Of a DNA stretch of 64,000 nucleotides, positions 57,527-64,000 are shown piece after piece. A program made the position numbers and the translations under genes. The stretch is from an uncultured virus (IMG/VR IMGVR_UViG_3300012953_002453). Its lineage: Duplodnaviria; Heunggongvirae; Uroviricota; Caudoviricetes. The first letter of the stretch is position 1. Every line of letters begins with the position of its first letter. The DNA is taken from IMG/VR virus record IMGVR_UViG_3300012953_002453, one strand, 5' to 3'. Below the pieces are notes generated by a model. The model saw nothing but the letters and a program-made list of their open reading frames with translations, was not told the DNA's origin and did not search any database.

Positions 57527-57975
57527 TATTGACCTTCATTTGAAACTGCTTTATCTTCTGTTTTTTCATCTAACTTTTTACCAATATTATATTTGGCAGA
57601 TAGATTCCACTCTTTCTTTTCTTTGAAAGGTAGTACTTTAATTTGTGATAAAGGTGCTTTGTTTGTAGCGTCCTCTGGTTTCACTATAGTTATTAAGTTC
57701 CAGTCAGTAAGTAATACTGCAATAGTATTTCTTCTCTGGATATCATTGTCGGTCAAGGTTGCTTTCTTACCATCAAGGGCAAATAATTCTTTGAAGTGTA
57801 CAATATAGTACTTACCTTGTTTGTGTAATATGTGGCAACTTTGAAATAGTGTTTTGTCTTTACGACTAGCAACACCAATTCTTGTTAGTGTTTCTCTTAC
57901 TTTTAGGAAATCGTCAGGCTGCTTGATTGTAACCTCTAGCATATCTTCCGGTGACCATTTTACATTGTCTGTCAT
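57526..57975 (-). CDS. regA: RegA translational repressor
   Basis: DDFLKVRETLTRIG, QSCHILHKQG.YYIVHFKELF. Confidence 0.97.
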   Translation of the reverse strand: MTDNVKWSPEDMLEVTIKQPDDFLKVRETLTRIGVASRKDKTLFQSCHILHKQGKYYIVHFKELFALDGKKATLTDNDIQRRNTIAVLLTDWNLITIVKPEDATNKAPLSQIKVLPFKEKKEWNLSAKYNIGKKLDEKTEDKAVSNEGQ

Positions 57976-58367
57976 TTTCTTTTTCTCCCACCCTTATTTA
58001 AGGATTTTTTTATATGTTCAATATCGTTTTTAGTCAATATGCTTAGAGCGGTTTTAGCTTTCTCATTACTATAGCCATAATACTCTTTTACATAGTCTAA
58101 ATCTTTAAGCTTTTCTGCTTTCATCCATTTCGCAAAACGCTTTTTCTTTCTTACTATATTTAGTAAAAAATGATATTGCATATTATTGGGAAGAAAATGA
58201 TACCCATTCATTTCGTTGGCAGCGATTAAGGTATCATAATGATAAGATAAACACTTGTTTACTATAAACGCAGGATACTTCTTTTCCCAAGTCAAGTCTT
58301 CGGTGTTCATCACATCCTGTTTAGTAAAGTTAATACTATTCAGGTATTCTTTGAGTTCGTAAGCCAT
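57972..58367 (-). CDS. T4 gp62-like clamp loader small subunit
   Basis: Y..FIVN..LS, ANEMN, YYGYS.EKA. Confidence 0.92.
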   Translation of the reverse strand: MAYELKEYLNSINFTKQDVMNTEDLTWEKKYPAFIVNKCLSYHYDTLIAANEMNGYHFLPNNMQYHFLLNIVRKKKRFAKWMKAEKLKDLDYVKEYYGYSNEKAKTALSILTKNDIEHIKKSLNKGGRKRK

Positions 58368-59311
58368 TATTTAAACTTACAATTTGCCATTATCTCGGTA
58401 AGACAAGCGACCATATTGATTTCTTGGTCTGCGACAAAAGCCGCCTTGTACTGATAACCAGCGATAACTAAAACTGCCTGTGGTATAGATTTAGGGTCAA
58501 GTGATTTCTGCAATACTTCGTATATATTACGGAACATACTTGTAGGTTCTTTATCTATGTTTTGAATAACCCACTTTCGCATATCATTAAATCTTTTTTC
58601 TTTTAATGTAGCGACTAGTTCTTTGTTATTTGCTTCAGATAATGTAAATAAAATACCACTATCAATCTTACCTCTTACAGAATATCTTTGAAGTTCATTG
58701 ATAGTCCGTCTGAAATCAGGAAAGTATTTAATAATAAGTTCTGCCAAAACTTTCTTATCAAAAGGAATAGATTGTTCATCTAATACTTTACCTAATCTAA
58801 TCATCATAGCGTCAGCACACTTCTTCTTTTGTCCGTTGACAATTTTAAAGTCTACTACCGTACAACGACTATGTAATGGTGGTATGATTTTGTTTTTGAA
58901 ATTACAAGTTAGAATAAATCTACAATTGTTATGGAATTCTTCCATAAATGCTCTCATTGCAGGTTGTACAGAATCAGCATTTGTATAATCTGCTTCATCT
59001 ATAATAACTACTTTATGATTAGCGTCTTCTGTTAAAGACACCGTACTTGCAAAGTTCTTAATTTTAGTTCTTAATGTATCAATTTGTCTACCTTCATCTG
59101 AACCATTGATGATAAGATAATCACATTTTAACTCTTCACATAAGGCACGAGCAACCGTTGTCTTACCTGTACCTGCTGTACCTGATAAGAGTAGATTTGG
59201 TATCTCGCCTTGTTTTAAAAAGTTTTGAAAAGTTGATTTTATATCTTCTGGTAAGATACACTCTTCAATTTTCTTCGGTCGGTATTTCTCAACCCACAAA
59301 AAGTCTGCCAT
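58367..59311 (-). CDS. T4 gp44-like clamp loader large subunit
   Basis: LWVEKYRP, GTAGTGKTT, IDEAD, SRC. Confidence 0.97.
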   Translation of the reverse strand: MADFLWVEKYRPKKIEECILPEDIKSTFQNFLKQGEIPNLLLSGTAGTGKTTVARALCEELKCDYLIINGSDEGRQIDTLRTKIKNFASTVSLTEDANHKVVIIDEADYTNADSVQPAMRAFMEEFHNNCRFILTCNFKNKIIPPLHSRCTVVDFKIVNGQKKKCADAMMIRLGKVLDEQSIPFDKKVLAELIIKYFPDFRRTINELQRYSVRGKIDSGILFTLSEANNKELVATLKEKRFNDMRKWVIQNIDKEPTSMFRNIYEVLQKSLDPKSIPQAVLVIAGYQYKAAFVADQEINMVACLTEIMANCKFK

Positions 59312-59434
59312 AATATATTCTCCATAATTTAAATTGTACCTTGTAATAGATTAAGTACAAGTGATAACGCTATCAAAAAGCAAGCGATACCACTTACACC
59401 AATTACATACTTGATTGCGATTTTAACTTTACTA

Positions 59435-60103
59435 TTAAAATTCACTTTCAGGCTCTAATGCAATCCAGTATTGTACTGGTCTTGTTCTATTAACAAAATG
59501 TGAAATCTTTTGTTTTGAGATTGCCACATCATAGTCATCTGATAACATTTTAAAGTTTTCTGCTTTGAAGAACGCTTTAAATGTTTTGTCAGTAGTGCCT
59601 ACTTGGATATCAAACTTGTTAGAAGCTTTATTCTTTCTGTCTTCTGCAACAAGTGTCATATTTTTACCATCACCAACAACTGAAATGTCAGGTAAGTTAA
59701 GAGTAACCACACCTTTCATTAATCTCTCCATATCTGCTTTCTTAAATAAGAAAGATACTTCTGTATCTGGCATAGAGATTGTTTTGGTAGGTGCAACGAT
59801 AACAGATTCATCAGCAAAAGTATATTTACTTTGTGACCTTCCGTCTTTACCAGAAATGCCTACACTAGAACCACCATTGAATTTTAAGTTAGGTGTCTCA
59901 AATAAGTCAACCGTTCTTAAAAACTCTGGTAAGTCATAGATTGCAAACTGCTGGTCAAAGTCTTCTTTAATGTCTGCTGTTGCTAGAATATTTTTCATAG
60001 TAGAAATTGTATTTAATTTCTTACCAGGTTTAATCAAAATATTCTGATTTATATTTGCAAAGTTTTTAAGCAATGCAAGCGTGTCGTTAGATAAGTTCAT
60101 CAT
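59435..60103 (-). CDS. T4 gp45-like sliding clamp
   Basis: LS..T...LKNFA.IN, FAIYDL..FL, Y.IALE. Confidence 0.95.
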   Translation of the reverse strand: MMNLSNDTLALLKNFANINQNILIKPGKKLNTISTMKNILATADIKEDFDQQFAIYDLPEFLRTVDLFETPNLKFNGGSSVGISGKDGRSQSKYTFADESVIVAPTKTISMPDTEVSFLFKKADMERLMKGVVTLNLPDISVVGDGKNMTLVAEDRKNKASNKFDIQVGTTDKTFKAFFKAENFKMLSDDYDVAISKQKISHFVNRTRPVQYWIALEPESEF

Positions 60104-60162
60104 ATATTCTCCTTTGTCATTATTAGAACATTATATATCATAGTATCGTCTTTGTCAATAGC

Positions 60163-60708
60163 CTATTCACTTTGTCGTAAATAGTCTAACATCTTCTCTG
60201 GAGTTGTTTCTTCATAAGGGTCGTCATCTTTTCCTTCATTGTTGATACCTGCTTCTTGGAACCATTTCTCAACAACGCCGTTATTAATAACTGCCATATA
60301 TCTCCAACTTCTATTACCGAAACCTAAATGGTTCTTACCAATTAGCATTCCCATAAATCTTGTAAAGTTTCCAGAACCATCTGGAATAAATTTTACTTTT
60401 TCAATGCCCATATGGTCTCTCCAGGCATTCATTACAAAACTATCATTTACTGAAATACAATAAACTTCATCTATTGTAAACTTTGTGATAGTATCATATA
60501 GTTCTTCAAACCCTGGCAACTGCTGACTTGAACAAGTCGGAGTAAATGCACCAGGTAGACTGAATAATACAACTCTTTTATTTTTGAAATAATCGTTTGT
60601 TGTTTTATTCAACCATTGACCACCGATAGCACAACCGCCATCAGTTTCTACTTCGTCACCTTCTCTTACTCTAAAAGTGACCTTTGGTATCTTCATTTCA
60701 TTTTTCAT
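60163..60708 (-). CDS. Peroxiredoxin (Prx5 type)
   Basis: LPGAFTPTCS, SVND.FVM.AW, DG.G.F, RSWRY. Confidence 0.93.
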   Translation of the reverse strand: MKNEMKIPKVTFRVREGDEVETDGGCAIGGQWLNKTTNDYFKNKRVVLFSLPGAFTPTCSSQQLPGFEELYDTITKFTIDEVYCISVNDSFVMNAWRDHMGIEKVKFIPDGSGNFTRFMGMLIGKNHLGFGNRSWRYMAVINNGVVEKWFQEAGINNEGKDDDPYEETTPEKMLDYLRQSE

Positions 60709-60760
60709 ATTATTCCTTTTGTAATTCTCTATAATATAACATAACTAAACAATTAAGTCA

Positions 60761-60805
60761 ATAGGCGATGGTTGAATTCTATCTGGCGCACTTCCCATCG
60801 CCTAT
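60761..60805. terminator. 11-bp hairpin with 23-nt loop downstream of hsp20
   Basis: ATAGGCGATGG...CCATCGCCTAT. Confidence 0.5.
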
Positions 60806-60862
60806 GTAAACCGTTCTCCTTTGTGTATGTTATTAAGTAATATCCGAATTTAATTCTGCGAC

Positions 60863-61309
60863 TTACTTAATTTTGATTGTTCTAGGTTTTTTACTATCTG
60901 GAACAATCTTCTCTAAACTGACTTTTAAAAGTCCGTCTTTGAGTTCAGCACCTTTGATTTCTACATCATCAGCGATTGTGAAAGACCTACTAAAATGTCT
61001 TTTCGCAATACCTTTGTGTAAAACTTCAGGTCCTTTTTTATCACTCTCTTCTTTATGTAAAGATTTGATAGATAAAACACTATCAGCATAATCAACAGAA
61101 ACATCTGATTTAGAATATCCTGCTAATGCTAATTCAATATCGTAAGTAAAGTCTCCAGTCTTTACGATATTATATGGTGGAAAGTTTGGGACTCTATTAC
61201 CGAAGTCTGTAGTATCTAACATAGTTTCAAAACTATTAAATACATCATCAAACCCTACGGTCATAGGTCTTAAATTGTTAAAAAATGAAATTGCTCTGTG
61301 ATTGGTCAT
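60863..61309 (-). CDS. Small heat-shock protein Hsp20 (IbpA-like)
   Basis: FPPYNI, ELALAG, LHKGIA.R.F.RSF, A.L.DGLL. Confidence 0.95.
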   Translation of the reverse strand: MTNHRAISFFNNLRPMTVGFDDVFNSFETMLDTTDFGNRVPNFPPYNIVKTGDFTYDIELALAGYSKSDVSVDYADSVLSIKSLHKEESDKKGPEVLHKGIAKRHFSRSFTIADDVEIKGAELKDGLLKVSLEKIVPDSKKPRTIKIK

Positions 61310-61313
61310 TATG

Positions 61314-61370
61314 AACCTCCTTATTAGTAAGCAAAGTTAATGTTAAGAGAACCCATTATGGCGTTCTCAT
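61314..61370 (-). promoter_or_regulatory. ROSE-like RNA thermometer in the hsp20 leader; late promoter at 61374-61381
   Basis: AACTTTGCTTA-CTAA-TAAGGAGGTT hairpin with bulged G; upstream GAGAAC...GTTCTC hairpin. Confidence 0.65.
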
Positions 61371-61424
61371 AGTTATTTATATAATCATTATATCTCATTT
61401 GTCAAGTCTTTCAAATAAATTAAG

Positions 61425-61608
61425 TGGTGGTTTCTTTTAATTGTGTACCACCAAAACAATCAGCGCTTTAGGTTCAGAATTTAGAGAGCAGAACCAGAGG
61501 TAACTTAATACCTAACTTACTCTAGCGACACCGTATTTAATGTTCTATCTACATTGGGTAATTACGGCACCCTATATCCTCTAATAGGTCTTATGAATTG
61601 CCTATCAG
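61425..61608 (-). ncRNA. Candidate structured non-coding RNA
   Basis: At least five stems and a possible pseudoknot in a stretch with no credible minus-strand ORF. Confidence 0.45.
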
Positions 61609-61650
61609 TATTATATATACACTCACAATCGGTGAGGAGGATAATTCCAT

Positions 61651-61860
61651 CTAAAAGCCTCTTTGTGCTTTTAATTTCTTTTGTTTCTTCTTCCAGGCAG
61701 CAGCCATTTCTTTATTCTTACGGATCCTTTTATCACTAGGTTTCTCGTAATATTGTCTTTGGCGTATCTCCTTGACTAGTCCTTCTTTAGCAACTTTCTT
61801 CTTAAGCACTCTCATTGCTTGTTCCAAGTTACCATTACGAACGGTTACAAGTATACTCAA
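61651..61860 (-). CDS. rpsU: 30S ribosomal protein bS21
   Basis: V.VRNGN.EQA.R.LKKK...EG...E.R.RQYYEKPS. Confidence 0.93.
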   Translation of the reverse strand: MSILVTVRNGNLEQAMRVLKKKVAKEGLVKEIRQRQYYEKPSDKRIRKNKEMAAAWKKKQKKLKAQRGF

Positions 61861-61862
61861 AC

Positions 61863-62138
61863 TTATTTACCTCCCTTCAAGGTATTGTCTTCACTACTCA
61901 TTAATAATATAACATAATGGATTGCTTTCAGCAAATCCTTTCTGTTTCTTCCTGCTTTCTTACCATACCTGCAAAGATACTTAATAGCATTTGCTTGGCA
62001 AAAATCTTTATCTACATTCAAGTGTCTTAACATATCTTGCACTTGAAAACCATCTTTGGTTGTACTATAATGTTCACCATATGTGCTTTCAACATATGTT
62101 TTAATTTCTTTTATAATTTTATCTTCATTGTATTTCAT
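61863..62138 (-). CDS. DUF3310-like protein
   Basis: TY..HY, FC..NAIKY..RYGKK.G....DLLKA.HY; TATAAATA at 62150-62157. Confidence 0.75.
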   Translation of the reverse strand: MKYNEDKIIKEIKTYVESTYGEHYSTTKDGFQVQDMLRHLNVDKDFCQANAIKYLCRYGKKAGRNRKDLLKAIHYVILLMSSEDNTLKGGK

Positions 62139-62173
62139 AATGTACCTTCTATTTATATTCAAATTACTAGTGT

Positions 62174-62206
62174 AAAAAATGGAGAGAGGCCACTACACCT
62201 CTCCCC
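62174..62206 (-). terminator. Rho-independent terminator
   Basis: GGGGAGAGG-N8-CCTCTCTCC followed by ATTTTTT. Confidence 0.75.
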
Positions 62207-62231
62207 AAGGACCACACTATGGATAGATTTA

Positions 62232-63485
62232 TTAGACGAAGTCCTCTTCGGATTCGTCATCTTCCTCACTATCATTGGACATCATTTGTTCCTTTAATGC
62301 TGTGTCTTTCTGCTCTTGAGCAATACTCTCGGCAGTAGCACCGGCATCCACTTTCGTGTACAAGTCAACAAAAGAAGCTTTTGTATCATTATCAAATCTA
62401 TTAGTACATAGTTCAATCGCCTTCATCTTATTTCCAAAGATTGAATAAGCTTGTACAATGTGTACTAATCTTCTTGTACTGATAATCTCATCAACCCCAC
62501 CGTCAAAGTAGGTCTTTCTGATTACATCAGCCCAAGTTGATAACTTCTCAACATACTGAACATCTTTCTTACCTGATTGAGCAAGAGTGTTGTTAAGTAT
62601 TTTTTGTTCAGTTTTAGCAGATGGATACTGCTGTTCAAAGGTAACTGGAAATCTTTCTAGGAAAGCTTCGTTCAGTATGTTAGTACCGATAAACTTACCA
62701 TCATCACTTCCTTGACCTTTAGTATTAGCAGTAGCGACTACATTGAAACCAGCACTTGGTTTAACGAATTTGTTAATCTTCTTAACATAAACTCCGTTAC
62801 CTTCAAGGATTGGTTGTAGACACATAATCTTGTTAGAAGCAAGGTCAACTTCATCAAGGAGCAATATTGCACCTCTCTCCATTGCCTCAATAACAGGACC
62901 ATTCTGCCAAACGGTTTGACCGTCTCTTAATCTGTAACCTCCAAGTAAATCATCTTCATCGGTTTCAATTGTAATGTTTACTCTTATCAGTTCTCTCTTT
63001 GCCTCAGCGGCAGCTTGAACAACTGAAAAAGTCTTACCATTACCAGATAGACCGGTTATGAATATTGGATAAAATTGTTTTGACTTAACAATGTTTCTAA
63101 CATCAGGATGATTTCCGAAAGGAACGAAAGTAGCGTCTTTGTTCGGAACAAGGTTATCAACTAAAGACGAAACAACATACGCAGCTTCAGAAACTTTAGT
63201 AGTCTCTTCAACTTTTGGTATTGTTGGTGTTTCAGTTGCCTTATCATTTAAGACATTAGGCATTGTAATTGGAGTAGCAGTTGGCACTTCGCCATTCGTA
63301 GGAATCTTATAAGTTCCTCTGCCTACTCTTAACTCTGGATTCCTAACTAACCATTGTGGTTTGAAATTCATACCGAGAGATTTAGATACTGATAATAATT
63401 CTGCATTATCTAAAGTATCTTTTTTCGGAAACATCTTTGTACAAGCGTTTACGAATTCTTGTTGTTTTTCATTTAGTGTTATCAT
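62232..63485 (-). CDS. CobS-like MoxR AAA+ ATPase
   Basis: GLSGNGKT, ETDEDDL.GG, LLDEVD, ATANTKG.G, NEAFLERF, STRRL. Confidence 0.9.
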   Translation of the reverse strand: MITLNEKQQEFVNACTKMFPKKDTLDNAELLSVSKSLGMNFKPQWLVRNPELRVGRGTYKIPTNGEVPTATPITMPNVLNDKATETPTIPKVEETTKVSEAAYVVSSLVDNLVPNKDATFVPFGNHPDVRNIVKSKQFYPIFITGLSGNGKTFSVVQAAAEAKRELIRVNITIETDEDDLLGGYRLRDGQTVWQNGPVIEAMERGAILLLDEVDLASNKIMCLQPILEGNGVYVKKINKFVKPSAGFNVVATANTKGQGSDDGKFIGTNILNEAFLERFPVTFEQQYPSAKTEQKILNNTLAQSGKKDVQYVEKLSTWADVIRKTYFDGGVDEIISTRRLVHIVQAYSIFGNKMKAIELCTNRFDNDTKASFVDLYTKVDAGATAESIAQEQKDTALKEQMMSNDSEEDDESEEDFV

Positions 63486-63517
63486 AGTGTTTTCCTTTTG
63501 TTTCATTTTATACAAGT

Positions 63518-63559
63518 ATTATACCACACTTAAAAGCATATGTCAAGCGAAAAGTGAGC
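63518..63559 (-). promoter_or_regulatory. Extended early promoter GCTCACTTTTCGCTTGACA-17-TATAAT
   Basis: Repeated motif variant. Confidence 0.75.
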
Positions 63560-63605
63560 ATTTTTTCATTTTTTTTTACTAAGGTTTTCAACGATTTCTC
63601 CCCCA

Positions 63606-64000
63606 TTAGGCAACCTGTCTGATAAATTTACTTAACAGCACTCTGGATACCGTTCTGGATTTCATTGATTTGGTAAATATTCTCTTAATATCACCTTTCT
63701 TAGCGTCTTCTTTTAACTCATTAAGGTCAGAATTTTGTACTGACATATCCTTACCATTAATAAGATAAAATTCATTGTAACCGTTTTGAGATACAGCAAC
63801 TGATTTGTTTTTTGAAAACTCTTTTTTCAATTGCAATGTTTTTTGTTCTCTCAAAGACCAATCTTTTATGTGTTCAAGTCCAAGGTATCTTTCAAACTCC
63901 CAACTTCTTCTAGTCTTAACAATAAAGAAACCGATAGTTGTAATACCATATTTCTTTTTAAGTCCTTGAAGTAATAAAGCAGTTGTATTACCTTTAGTCT
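63606..64000 (-). CDS. C-terminal part of a CobT/VWA-like partner protein (5' part beyond the window)
   Basis: Frame open to the window edge; T.ALL..L...Y...IGFF, GY.EFY, F.KS..S...SR.LL.KFI..VA; adjacent to CobS-like gene. Confidence 0.7.
   Translation of the reverse strand, partial: TKGNTTALLLQGLKKKYGITTIGFFIVKTRRSWEFERYLGLEHIKDWSLREQKTLQLKKEFSKNKSVAVSQNGYNEFYLINGKDMSVQNSDLNELKEDAKKGDIKRIFTKSMKSRTVSRVLLSKFIRQVA

Noticed and set aside
59328..59435. Open hydrophobic frame IVKVKIAIKYVIGVSG... between gp45 and gp44
   Set aside because: It has no ATG/GTG start. The region also forms an imperfect hairpin, so coding status cannot be supported.
61595..61610. CTGATAG as a hammerhead ribozyme core
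   Set aside because: It does not match CUGANGA and has no correctly placed GAAA.
2243..63546. Recurrent TTGTCAAGCA as a CRISPR repeat or mobile-element end
   Set aside because: The copies are dispersed, not regularly spaced, and nearly always sit 17 nt from a -10 box, so they are promoters.
382..63582. All plus-strand ORFs in the track (e.g. 26661..27407, 36461..36901, 8492..8905)
   Set aside because: They lie antisense to well-supported minus-strand genes, have Ser/Phe/Leu-rich shadow composition, and show no SD or family motifs.
62232..64000. CobS/CobT as true cobalamin-synthesis genes
   Set aside because: No cobN or other pathway genes are in the window; MoxR ATPase/VWA pairs in T4-like phages are more plausibly chaperone-like.
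1..64000. Genome-wide stop-codon reassignment
   Set aside because: Core genes are full length in the standard code, and TAA, TAG and TGA all serve as normal stops.

Overview
A 64-kb, AT-rich segment of a large T4-like (myovirus-type) phage genome. Essentially all real genes are on the minus strand, and the plus-strand ORFs in the track look like antisense shadows. The window holds the T4 replication and transcription core (gp2, gp32, gp59, gp33, RNase H, nrdA/B, gp61, gp41, UvsX, gp43, RegA, gp62/44/45). Host-type auxiliary genes include IscU, a 2Fe-2S ferredoxin, glutaredoxin, peroxiredoxin, Hsp20, ribosomal protein bS21, a RimK-RimB-like fusion and a CobS/T-like pair. There are also two tRNAs, a block of small early genes and a late operon of probable virion-internal proteins. 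Gene content and a permuted tmRNA suggest a marine alphaproteobacterial (SAR11-like) host; this is an inference. Main observations: (1) a two-piece tmRNA whose excised intervening segment is a stem-loop carrying a 35-codon ORF with its own Shine-Dalgarno (SD); (2) a late operon with an RNA-ligase-like enzyme, two P-loop kinases and a PAP2-phosphatase/nucleotidyltransferase/HxGH polyprotein, several with T4 capsid-targeting-like N-termini, possibly a packaged end-healing or anti-defence kit; (3) a ribosome-remodelling set of bS21, RimK-protease fusion, tmRNA and tRNAs; (4) a structured RNA candidate between bS21 and hsp20, and a ROSE-like thermometer hairpin; (5) an MTase / GIY-YIG / MT-A70 cassette; (6) a highly stereotyped promoter family, some members giving leaderless mRNAs. 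All calls come from motif recognition by eye; no database searches were run.
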